From the NCBI GenBank assembly GCA_964016885.1, contig OZ024740.1:196478001-196542000 (forward strand): 64,000 nt of DNA, read 5' to 3'. Under the pieces are notes generated by a model, which was not told the DNA's origin, did no database searches, and saw only the letters and a program-made list of their open reading frames with translations. This stretch comes from Eledone cirrhosa (lineage: Eukaryota). The first letter of the stretch is position 1, and every line of letters begins with the position of its first letter. The translations under genes were made by a program, and so were the position numbers. This document shows, in pieces, positions 26,083 to 37,915 of this stretch.

Positions 26083-29000
26083 TGAGATGTTTCCCCACCC
26101 CCACACCAGACACCCACACCCCACCAAACACCCTAATCCCACCACACACTGATGTCCTCATCCCACCACAAACCACGACCCCACCAAACAACCCTTCCAA
26201 CACCCCCATGGAAATTGTGCAGCCTGGTCCCCAGGAGACGAAGAGGTAAGTAATTTTCTTTCCTCTTCCTTTTTACCTCTTCAGCACCAACATGGCCAAT
26301 ATAAGAGTTGGATGTGTGAATGCACGCGGCTTGGGGATGTCCTGGAAACAGGGCAAACTCTTAAATGACCTCAGGTCGCGCAGAGTGGATGTAATGGTTA
26401 TTTGCGAGTCCAGGATCAGCAGCGAGCGCCAACTGGCCCCCATCTTCGACGACTTTGAGATCTACGCATCTCTCTGTCAGCCGAGGGGTGGGGGTGGGGT
26501 TGTCGTTCTGCTGCGAAAATACCTGGGTCTTGCCACACAGAAGGTACACCAGGACCCGGAGGGTCGACTGGTGGTTTTAGACGTCGGCAGTGGTGAAGGT
26601 GGAGCTTTCAGGCTGGTGCCAGCGTATGCCCCATCTGGGACACCGCGACCGGACTTCTTCCGACGCCTGGAGAATTTCCTGGGAACGTCTCGCTCCTTGC
26701 TTTTAGTGGGGGACTGGAATGGTATCCTGGATGCACGTTGGGACTATGTAGGGGCATGTCCCGATAGAGGGGGGTGTAACAGCCTCAAACGATTAATCGG
26801 CCGATTTGATCTGGCCGATAGATATCGACTAGATTTTCCGACTGTGCCACGCTGGGCGTGGAGTAATCGCAGCGGAACATCTAGGTCGTACCTAGATAGG
26901 TTCCTAGTTAGAAATAAGGATAGGGACATATTAAGCTGTCCACGAATGTTCATGGTTGACTATTCGGATCACAAGTTGGTGACCGGAGTGGTCAACCTTG
27001 ATAGAACTCATAGACAGGGACCCGGTTACTGGAAGCTAAACTTGTCTTTACCGACAAACAAAGCTTACAGTAAGCGGATTAGCACACTAGTTAAGCAGCG
27101 TTTGACGGGGGCAATTGTCAACAACAGGTGGTGGGGCTCTCTCAAGAGAGAAATTAGAATAGAATCGATAGGTTTTAGTCGGGAATTAGCATCAGATAGG
27201 AATAGAACTGAAAGGGAATTAACAAATAGAGTAGAAGAGGCGATTAGGAGTGGCAACGTGGCCGGTGTGCTGGCGTCAAGAACGGCCCTAGACCAGTTCT
27301 TTGATGCGAAGCACGAAGTCCTGCGAGAGGCCGATTTCAGCCGCTGAAATAGGGGAAGCGCTGAGCCAATGCGGCAAACGCAAATCTCCGGGTCTCGATG
27401 GTCTACCATACGAACTTTATGTAGCGATGCCGGGCTTATTCTCCGGTTTCCTCGAGGCGGTCTACTGCAACTGGCAACAGAACGGGAGAATTCCCAGTTC
27501 TGTGACCAAGGGCGTAGTCATGCTGGTGAGGAAGGACGAGAACAAGGGGGATGACATAGATAACTTCAGGCCCATAACTCTGCTAAACACAGAGTTAAAG
27601 ATTTTGGCCAAGGTGTTAGCGAAGAGGTTGGCGCTTGTCGTCGGGAACCTGGTGGGAGAAGCGCAGACATGCGCAATCCCGTCCAGGTCCATACACGACA
27701 ACCTCCACCTCATGCGATACATCGTAGAGAGGGTAGGGAACGAACCCGGCTTTGGTGGGGCCCTGATCAACTTGGATCAATCTAAAGCGTTCGATAGGGT
27801 TGACCATCGGTACCTGGATGCGGTGCTCGCGGCGGCAGGCTTCGGACCCGTTTTCAGGGGCTGGATTGCTGCAATGCACAGCAGCAACACCTGCTCGAGG
27901 GTCAAGGTGAACGGCTACCTCTCGGAGCCGTTCCAAATCGCGCGATCCATCCGACAGGGATGCCGTCTCTCCTCCCTCCTGTATGTGCTGGCTCTCGAGC
28001 CACTACTGCTGAAGCTGGAGCTGTTGCAGGGCATCCCCTTGGAACCGGGATTGCGGAAAGCGGTGTCGGCCTACGCCACTGACGTGACAGTAATGGTGTC
28101 GTGCGCCTCGGAAATCGGGCAGATCGGCACCTTACTGGAGGAATATGAAAGGTTCACCGGAGCCAAGCTGAACCGGGACAAGTACGTCGGTTTGCAACTC
28201 GGGACGTGGAGGAGCAAACCGATGCCCTCCGACGGCATCGTCGGACGCTGGATGGAGGGACCGGTGAAGCTGCTCCGGGTCTGGTTCGGACCGGACCTCC
28301 AAGTGGAGAAAAACTGGGACGAGGTAACGGGCAAGGTGTTTGCACTCGCCCAGAAGTGGGCCGAGTGCAAACTATCCCTGAAAGGTCGAGCGGAGGTGGC
28401 GAACGCTTACAAAGCGTCCGTCATCTACTACCGCTTGACCGTCGTGCCTTGCTCAGAGAAAACACTCGCCAAAATGGAGCGCGCGCTCTTCCGATTTCTT
28501 TGGAAGAAGCGGGCTCCTTTGGTGAGAAGATCCATCTGCTGTCAACATCCTTCGAACGGAGAGCTGGGGATGCCGTGGCTGACGATGCGTAGACACGCAT
28601 TAAGGCTACGACACCTCCAGGTATTCCTCACCGGTCAGCCGGTGTGGGCCCTGTTTGTGAGGCGAGCCTTTCCGAGACTCGTCTCACTCAGCGAGCTGCA
28701 ATCCTGGGTCAAGCAAAGACCGAGAAAAGTGGGCGACTGGCACATTGAATGTGCCCAGGCGCTCACGGCCATCTGGCAAGCGGATCCGGCAATCAGTGGA
28801 GACTCAGCCTCAACATTCTATAGAGGGTTGGTGCGCAGTAAGTGCGACGACGCTCTCGGAGAGGCTCTGGGCATGGAGGAAGATGAGCTGGCCAGTCTGT
28901 TCGGTAGGACGTTTGGCCCGGGACCGATGGACAACTTCGAAAAGTCCCTGGCTTGGCAATGTTACCGAGGAGCTCTACCCGTTTGGGACAAGCTCTACAG

Positions 29001-29690
29001 ACACGGGCGCCCGGGTAGGGACCCCTCGAAGATCTGTCCGAGATGCGTGCGTGATGAGGAAACAGTCGCACACGCATTCGTACACTGCCCGGGCGTTGCT
29101 GACCTGTGGGGCTATGTGGAACGACTATTGTCGCGGGTGGGACCAATCCGGTTGACCACCGAGAACATTGTCACGATCAAACCGCCTCCCCTTTTCAAAA
29201 ACGAAGGAGAGGTGGTTTTCCTCTGTGTGATAGCTATGGCGAAAGAAGTTGTATGGTGGACAAGGTTGAAAGGGCTGAGGTCAGACACCTTTCTCTCCGG
29301 CCAACAAGTTGTCTTTTTTTTCAAGTACCACTTTAGAAGAAGGATTAGAATGGAGAGAGGGGTGCTCTACCCCAGCAGTTTTATGAAAGATGGGTGAAAG
29401 TAGCGAGAATGGCCCGAGTGAATGAGCCTTCTCTCTATATCAGCCTGTCGGTGAGAGAGGAGAAGAATGAGAAGAGGAAGGAAGCACCCGCTCTTTGTGC
29501 TCCTGAAGAGGAGGGTTGCACATTTTTTTCAGGGGTGTGTGCGACCCATGTCAACGCCCCTCCCTATTGAGGACATCGATTGTTAAATTTAATTTGTTAT
29601 ATGTTTTTTACACGTCTTTTTAAATGTATGTAAACTCCCCCCTTTGTATTTGTCCCAATCTTTGATGCCCTGGTGACAAATAAATAGAAA
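26083..29690 (+). mobile_element. Tx1/L1-clade LINE, 5'-truncated copy
   Basis: APE endonuclease (NARGL, ICES, VGDWN, RSYLDRF, SDH); RT (KSPGLDGLP, FRPITLLN, LDQSKAFDRVDH, RQGC); C-terminal CPRC..ETVAHAFVHC; A-rich 3' end; colinear with 61491-64000. Confidence 0.92.
26292..29397 (+). pseudogene. Tx1-type ORF2 (APE + RT + CCHC), frameshifted
   Basis: Two overlapping ORFs (351 aa and 698 aa); the break coincides with a 275-bp deletion relative to the second copy; active site reads YATD. Confidence 0.85.
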
Positions 29691-30044
29691 TTTACATCAA
29701 TTAACACCAAACTCTCCCCTTCTCTATACCTGCTACACGGATCTCTCTTTGAAATCCCCCTCTCTATATCAATTAATGCCGAACTCTCCCCCACTCAATG
29801 TCTAATATACAACATACTCTTCCAACCTCCCTCTCTATATCTACTACCGCGAAACTCTCCCCCTCTCTATATCTATATCTATCTCTCCCATATATGTCTA
29901 CATAATATGTTCATAAATTGTAGCACATATACAAATAGATGTGTGTTTTTTGTATTTCTGGCCCCCACCTCATTTTCACCGCTCCTGATACATACATACA
30001 TACATACATACATACATACATACATACATACATACATACATACA

Positions 30045-30628
30045 TGATTATGATGGCTGCCCTCTCGTTATCGAGTATGGCCATTGCACGATATACCATT
30101 ATTAATAATTATTAATTAATTCTATTATGCAATGCCTGTGCATGAAGATATTTTTTTAAATGAGGAAAGACTGTGCACTGAGCCAACCCCACTCTATGAG
30201 CGACAGTAGCTATAACCCGAAAAGAAGTAATATCAACATCATCGGTAACTACTGAGCCGCAGACTTTATATCGGAGTTATCCCAGTTTCCTGAGTTGCCT
30301 TCTCCTAGAAGAATGCCCTGACAAAGGCTAGGGGTCCTTCACTCCCAGTGGTTTAACCGCGCGATCGCGTCGTCGCATGGTCGGGTCGTCGGCGACTAAA
30401 CCGGCAACCCCTCCAAGTTTACTTGGTGAGGAGGGTGATTTTGGACACCCTGCAGGACAAAAAACAAAACGTGACAAAGGGTGGAAGATCTCATAAGAGT
30501 CAACGGCCATCCAAAAGTGTGTAAATATGTATATACACATGTATATATGCATGTATATGTATATGTGTATATACATGGGTGCATGTGTATGTACATGCGC
30601 GGGGACATAGAAATAATCGGGCTGGACA
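30045..30628 (-). mobile_element. Non-autonomous RTE-derived short element (colinear copy)
   Basis: Contains RTE 5'-UTR-like CTAGGAGAAGGCAACTC and the shared 3' motif TGGCCATACTCGATAACGAG..GCAGCCA followed by (ATGT)n. Confidence 0.7.
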
Positions 30629-30654
30629 TACATACATACATACATACATACATA

Positions 30655-31057
30655 GTGGCTGCCAACTCGTTTTCGAGTACGGCCACTACTTTATATCCAT
30701 GTAGGAGAACCCCTACCGATGCGCTGAACGAGTGTGACTTTTTAGTCCAGCCAGCGACTTGAAAACTCTGGTACAAACACTACACTTGTGACAATTATTG
30801 ACACATAGTGCTGGGCCCATGGTACCATGTGATGACAAGTGCAGAGAGATCTCCAGATATAAAGCAATGCCTGTGCCATGAAGCTTTTATAGTGAGCAAA
30901 GGCACTGGACAAAGCCAGTCCCACTCTCTTAACCAAGATGATATTTACCAAAAAGAAGAACAAGTCAACATCATTGGATACCATCAGGGTTGCAGGTGTT
31001 ATATCAGAGTTTTCCTTCTCCTAGAATTCTGCCTTGACAAAGGCTAAGGGGTCATCT
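30655..31057 (-). mobile_element. Internally deleted RTE derivative (5'-UTR-like part fused to the C2H2 3' end)
   Basis: CTAGGAGAAGGAAAACTCTGA near the 5' end; CSVCTRVFKSLAGLKSH and 3' motif near the (ATGT)n tail. Confidence 0.65.
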
Positions 31058-31080
31058 TACATACATACATACATACATAC

Positions 31081-31325
31081 TGCATTTAATAACTCCATAT
31101 ACACACGTGCAGATACAAAGTATATACACATGACACATATAACCTAAAACCTACACCTCTACACATACAATAGCATCCATACCTGCACACACAGGCATGC
31201 AGACAGGTATACATATCTATTTATGTTGATGTTGTGTAAATTCCAATGAGAGAGTTATATCTATGTTAGAAACCGACTCTCTCTCTATTGGTAAAAAATT
31301 GTGAAATTATAAAACTGAGAAGAAC
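31081..31325 (+). mobile_element. 3'-UTR-only copy of the second R4/Dong family
   Basis: Aligns with 24680-24916; flanked on both sides by (TACA)n. Confidence 0.85.
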
Positions 31326-31869
31326 ATACATACATACACATATATACATATATACATACATAAATACATACATTCACACACACACAGATCACATCTGCTA
31401 TTATAACGAAATCATCTATTGTCTTTCTACTAACAATGTTTCTCATTACCCTTCCATCTCCCCCTCTCTTTCTTGTCTCTTTTCTTCTTCCGTCTTTCTC
31501 TTCTTTCCAGCACAGTGTTCTATTAACAAACATTCTTTCTTTTACATTCCTTCACGTTCTTTTTCTTTCATTCTTTTATCTCTGTTACCCCACTTTTTTT
31601 TCCATTCATTATTTCAGTCTTAATTACTACTGCATCTCACCACATCAGAGTGTTTTTCTTTCTTCCAAATAGAGCACAATCGTGCTTTAATGTCACCAGA
31701 CCTAACTTCTGTTTATGTCTATCTTTCCTTCGCTCTTGACTTCTATTTATTAAATCATGAGTTTTTGATTCCTCCGAAGGGTATTTGGAGTAACGTTACT
31801 CGATAGAGTGTCTAGCTCGAAGATCAGAGAGTCACTCCAGTTAGAGCTGTTACTTCTCCGAATTCAGAG

Positions 31870-32182
31870 ATCACAGCTCCGATACTATGGGCATGTGGTT
31901 AGAATATCTAAGGAAAGAATCGCTGGACAGATTTTACGGCCAAAAACCAACTGGCAAGAGAACCAGGGGTAGACCCCGAGAAAGATGGTTGATAACATCC
32001 ATGAGCTTGGTTGGTCACGCTTGGGGATCCAGTCGGATCAGATGGAGATGGTTGCTTCTGACAGGACCAGCTGGAAGGAGTGTTTGAGGACTCTGCCCCC
32101 ACAAGCCTCTCAGGAATAAGTGGGCGAAGAAGAAGAAGAAGAAGAAGAAGAAGAAGAAGAAGAAGAAGAAGAAGAAGAAGAA
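31870..32182 (+). mobile_element. RTE-type LINE 3' end with (GAA)n tail
   Basis: GKRTRGRPRERW motif followed by a long (GAA)n. Confidence 0.75.
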
Positions 32183-33403
32183 AAAGTTTTTCTGTTAAAA
32201 TCTCATATCTCTTTGCAAATATCAATTTATATTAGCTTCCATTCCCTATTTATACCAATTCTCTTCACTTTCCTCAGTAAATGCATCAATGTCGTATAAT
32301 ATTCTTTCATTTCTCTACAAGCTTTCGTGTCTAAGTTAATAATGGTTTCTAACTTAGACACAAGGCCAGCAATTTAAGTGAATGGGGATAGCTGATGAGA
32401 TCGACCCCTGTACTTGATTGGTATTCTTACTTTATTAACCTCCATTACTTCACTGGTACACTAGTTTATCTACAACCTAGTACTTGACTGGTACTATATT
32501 TAATTGACCCCAGTACTTATTGGTCCTTTATTTTATCAACCCTGAAAGGATGAAAAGCAAAGTTGACCTTAGTGGGATTTGAACTCAAAACGTAATTGCA
32601 TTTGTCCGACGCTCTAACGATTATGCCAATCCACCACTCTGTGTCTAAGTCAATAATCAATAAATTCATATTTTATATTTATATTCTCTAATTCTACGCA
32701 TCAATGAAACCTACTCCGTGTCTGTATAGATTTCTCTTCTTTTCAACTTACAACAGCTATATCACAACCTTTCAACCGGAACTATTAATCTCATCTATTC
32801 ATCTATGAAGATAGATGGCCGATTTGGTAGAGTCGTTAGAGCATTGGGTATTTGTTCCTAGTCTCTGCCTTCTGAGTTCAAATCCTGCCGAAGTCCACTC
32901 TGTCTTTCATCCTCTCGGGATCGATAAAAAATACCAGCTCAGTGTTGGTGCAGCTTTCCTTCCTTCCAGCTGTCACGCCCTGGATGCTCCGCAGTGTCGA
33001 GAGAGAGAGTGAGAGAGAGACTGCATAGGCACCTAAAACCCTTAGCGAAAGCATGGTACAGCATGTTATGGCATCTACAAATATCACCCCATATTAAAGC
33101 AAATAGATAAGGGCGATTTTGAAAGTAGTTGAAAGAAACTAGTTTGTTATATGATTTGAATATCATTTTAACTGATGTGGAAAAATCGACAGAGTCGTTA
33201 GCACGCTGGATACGAGAATTCTTCGCAGTATTACTTCCAGCTCTTCTCGCTCTCAGTTCAAATCCCTTCGGGTTGATTCTTCTTCTTCTTCTTCTTCTTC
33301 TTCTTCTGTGTATATATATATATATATAATATATATGATTCTTAGCCATTTTGAATTCGTTTCTGGCGGGGATCATGGTAGAAAAATCTTTGTCTAATTG
33401 AGT

Positions 33404-33490
33404 TATCTCCTGATGATTTCCAAACCTCATTAATTTATCCAAGATCGGATATATCCAAAAATGGAATGAAACCGCCGAGTGGTAGAGATA
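33404..33490 (+). ncRNA. Type I hammerhead ribozyme, predicted cleavage after GUA at 33484
   Basis: Stem I UAUCUC/GAGAUA; CUGAUGA; stem II UUCCA/UGGAA with U-U closing and a long loop; GAAA; stem III ACCGC-CGA-GUGGU. Lies within a unit of about 450 bp bounded by (TA)n. Confidence 0.8.
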
Positions 33491-33782
33491 TTTTGATGAT
33501 TTTGGTAAGGTTTATGTACATTTTTTCTTCTAACTGTGATTTTGTACCTAATTATGTATAGTTAACTATATGTCTAGTCAATTTCTACAGGCTATTAGAA
33601 ATATTAGGTAAATTTTTTGTAGCTATAAGTCGCGGATAAGAAGCTATATCATTTATTTATTGTTTCTTCATAAGTACATTTTAAACTTATAGCCTCGTTT
33701 AAATTATTTTTTGTGTGGTTGATTTATGCTTATTGGGAGGAGAAATACTGTATATATTTTATCTAATGATTCTATGGACTTA

Positions 33783-33823
<41 letters not shown>

Positions 33824-34151
33824 GTATTTTTAACCATTGGTCAATCAATCAAAACATTGATTGCCAGATAATTTAACTATGGAGATATAAAAGATACAGA
33901 AGCGAAAACCAATCCGGACCAAACAGTGAGTGTGTTCTATTATTATTTCTGGCAATATTATAACAATATGACCCTCCCCAATATAACAATATATATATAT
34001 AATAAGGAGTTGACGGACCCAGCATATTTATCCATACCAGGACCGGTTGTATCTCAGCGTACTCAATAAGCAATGTAAGATACATTCCCAGAGTATACAC
34101 ATAGCTATTCGCTTCAATACAACACACGTAAAACGGGTGCCTATAATAGTT

Positions 34152-34257
34152 CCGGGACTCGAGTTTCGGCCGCACTAATGCAGCAGTAAGGTGCACTGCA
34201 CCATCCGTCTGCATATATTATGCAACAATGCACAATCGGCTTATGCGGCTTCCGCCT
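34152..34257 (-). ncRNA. 3' half of a hammerhead motif (CUGANGA box missing)
   Basis: Stem II GCCGCA/UGCGGC, then C-GAAACUCGAGUC with palindromic loop 3; the 5' core is replaced at the (TA)n junction. Confidence 0.45.
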
Positions 34258-34258
34258 A

Positions 34259-34299
<41 letters not shown>

Positions 34300-34603
34300 G
34301 GGGGGGGGTCACTGTCTCGCTCTGTTTCTTTCCAAGAAATCAGCTATGCTCATATCTGGTGAGAGATGGGTTCGTCCAGATTTAAATGTTTAAAATATGC
34401 CGTGTATCATTACAGTGTCTTATGACTCAATTCTGAGTTCATAGTCCACGGATAAAGTTACAATTACATGGCAGATATTAGATTTCAGTATTGATTTCAT
34501 TAAACCTCTCATGATTCTTTATGGGGTTCATAAGTAAAACACAAAGGCAGTATAATCTTGTTAAAAATATTAACAACAAAATACAGATTTCTTATTCAGG
34601 AAG

Positions 34604-35203
34604 TACGAGGTCTGTTGAACAAGCATTTGACTTTATTTTCTCCCTTGGGCAGTAATGACATTAGATCAGAGGTTCTCAAAGTGGGCGCGACCGCCTCCAC
34701 CCATGGGGCGTTGAGAAGGTCCAGGGGACACTGGAGCCTAAGGGGGCGGTAGAGTTGATATAATAGTATATCAAATATCAAATGATTCATATTATATGTA
34801 AATATAGTAAAATAAAAAATATCTATATTTATTTATACACAGTATATATATATTATTATTTATTATATATAAATTAACGATTTTATTTATACATATTATT
34901 TACAATTTGCATGTAGGTCTCTCTGGAAATGGGGTTGGGGGCGTTGAGGGTATTACGTGGCCGTGAAAGGGGCAGTGTTCTAAAAAGTTTGAGAACTTCT
35001 ACATTAGAGAGACAAATGTGCGCAGAATAGAGCTGCATACATTAATGCGCATGCGTGGGTTTTGGTGAGCCGCTGGATGCGCCAGTTGCTGTCATGCAGC
35101 CAGTGAGGTGCTGTATTACTTATTTGTCACATTTTCATTTCGCCCAATACTGCTAACAAGGATCCTGAGTTCCTGAATACCGTGGTAACTGGAGATGAGA
35201 CGA
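34604..35203 (+). mobile_element. Mariner remnant interrupted by a hAT MITE
   Basis: TA-CGAGGTCTGTT TIR-like start; DPEFLNTVVTGDET (first catalytic Asp motif) at about 35160-35203. Confidence 0.6.
34667..35001. mobile_element. hAT/Charlie-type MITE
   Basis: TIRs CAGAGGTTCTCAAA and TTTGAGAACTTCTA; 8-bp TSD CATTAGAT/CATTAGAG. Confidence 0.8.
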
Positions 35204-36910
35204 TTGGAATTATGAACAAAGAAGTACAAAGCTATATATATAAAGCCATCCAATATGGAATTCTATTATCTCTGTCGTTCTGGGATTGATTTAAATCGAC
35301 TTTCCCCTTTCTCCTAAATTGCTGGTTTTCTGCCTCAATTAGAAAACATAGTTATATAATGATTGGTAAGATCGTTAAAACGTTGCTTCGCCGCATTCAG
35401 TTACGGTCTTCTATGTTCTGAGTTCAAATCTCGCAGAGGCTTGCTTTGCCTTTTATCATTACGGGGTCGATAAAATAAAGTACAAGTTAAGTACTGGGGT
35501 TGATATATTCGACTTTGCTACTCACCAAAAAGAATTACTGGGCCTAAATTAAAAATCCTTATTATTATAAAATTACTGGGCCTAAATTAAAAATCCTTAT
35601 TATTATAAAATATCATTTAAAGCAAACAATCGGTTTTATTAGCTCAACTGTAGTAATTGATTTCTCTAGGAAATATGTTATATTCTGTATGAAGCTGATG
35701 TATTCAGTTATCTATACAAGCTCGGAATATATAAACTTGTGGTAACGATGAATCCTAGTTGGATAGTTTATCAATATAGACGTGAGGGAAAGTCCCTCGT
35801 CTATTTACCATTTTTGTAAGTGAGAGGATAGATACTCCATAGAATTATAACAAGTGAGTCGGTGTGTGTGTAGACAAGATAATAACCACAACGAGAGTTC
35901 TATTCAACAATGTAAATAAGGATGATGTTTATTTTGTCTATCATGTGTTTATTATATTACAAATGAAACAACATACCAATATAGACGTGATCAGTTGTAG
36001 TGAAGGCAACGTATTACAATTACAAAGGCCGTGTGCTGTTTGCTGTCTCCGTGGCTGGTCTATTGTTTCATGGTACAGAGGCTGTCTGCTGTTCCCGTGG
36101 CTGTCTGCTGCTTACCAGGGGGAGACAACTAGGCCTGGTCCATTATCCGACAGGGGGGCGTAAGGCGTCTTACTACAAACTAATAACAAAGTTAACTTCT
36201 ATCTACGCCTACTTTCGTCTCCTTCCATCTTATGAAACAATTTCTATTACATGAATTATAGCGTTGAATTATCTGGCAACCATCTCATTATAAAAGTAAC
36301 CATTATTTTCTTTTGTCATTTAGTAATGCTGGCTTAAATAGCATATTATAGTTGTTCCAAGCTGGGACGTATTTTAGATAACTTATCTCACAAAGCTAAG
36401 TAAAGCCCCTGTACCCCCGCTTAGATGTATCAAGTAATGTTTACTCCCTCAACGATATATTCTTATTCAGGGTAACATAATATTTGTCGCATCTATTCTC
36501 TTTGACTTTCAACAATCTAATAACAAAATTTCAATCAAGAAACCTAGCTTCTCGTATTATATACTCTGATCTTTATTACAGTCTTTGTTTCGATTATTAT
36601 GAGTCTGTAACTGGGATTTTGAATAATTACTTCGATATATATTTCGAGAACAAAGCGACAAAGCGGCAGAGTCATTAGAATGCCAGATAGAATGTTTTGC
36701 AGTATTCATTCCGACTATCTGCGCTCTGAGTTTTTAATCCCGCCGAGGTCAACTTACCATCCATTCGAAGTTGATAAATAAATTACTAGTCTAGTACTGG
36801 AGGGGGGAAATCCTCTCTCTCACTCACTCACTCACTCTCTCTCTCACGCTAATTTAATTTATATGCTGCTCACTCAGTTGTTCAAAGACCTGGACGTTCA
36901 TCCTCTGTCT

Positions 36911-36960
<50 letters not shown>

Positions 36961-37265
36961 GTGTGTGCGTGTGTATGTGTGTGTGAGTGTGTGTATGTGT
37001 GTGTGAGTGTGTGAGCGTGTGTGTGTGAGCGTGCGTGCGCGCGCAATTTCGCTCATATGTCAGTAGTTTTATCATATGTAATTGCATGTAATTTGTAATT
37101 GTAGACAAATATCTAAACAGTACATGACTTTTGGTTTGATCTCTTGAAAATTATTGTTGGCTCAATTACAGGTATAATAGTCGATAGAGACAGATTCATG
37201 ACGATTTGAACATTTAAACAATGTATGTTGAACCAATTTCTAACACACTCAATCCATCATCATCA

Positions 37266-37429
37266 AAGACCTGCCAACCTCTAAAAACCTAAACCATGAA
37301 AAAAAGAGGCAAAATGGGGAGATTTTGCATAATGAAAGCTATACCCATTCTTACAAGAAAAGACATTTCTCACCTACCCCAAAGAGGGTGGGAGATTTCC
37401 CCATCGGACGGGGAGAGATGACAGGTCTG
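37266..37429. mobile_element. MITE (copy 1; TIR CAGACCTGYCAAC)
   Basis: Homologous to 43331-43524; embedded in (CAT)n. Confidence 0.65.
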
Positions 37430-37915
37430 TCATCATCATATCGCCGTCATCATCATTTTATAACTGCTTTCCACCTTGGCATGGGTTGCACGAGTTGTCA
37501 CAGTCTGAAACCAAATGGGTGGAGCAGCCCCATCTTGCTCATACATTCCGTATTTGGTATGGATTCTACGGTTGGATTTTAACGAAGAGTATAATAAAGT
37601 AATTTATATAGAATGCTTATTGTAGTTAGAAAAAGCTATCTCACTTACCGCTTTTCACAGGCGCTGCTAAATTCCACTGCAGGTACTCCTCTTCCACGTG
37701 CGTCCGACTGCTTAACACCGGGAGCTGCCCAAAACTCGCGTCCACACCGTATGCTGGTCACCACTAGAGAGAGGCCCTCTCCTGGCCCTTCCGGTCGAGC
37801 ATCCTTCCGGTCAAAGACCCCTTCCGGTCGAGCACTCAAAAACCCCTTCCGGTCGAGCACTCCCCCCCGCCTCCGGCCACCGCACGCCACACCATACCCA
37901 CACGCCCCCCTGATC

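Noticed and set aside
35996-36177. TGTAGT...ACTACA-bounded segment resembling a small solo LTR
   Set aside because: No TSD and no second copy in the window.
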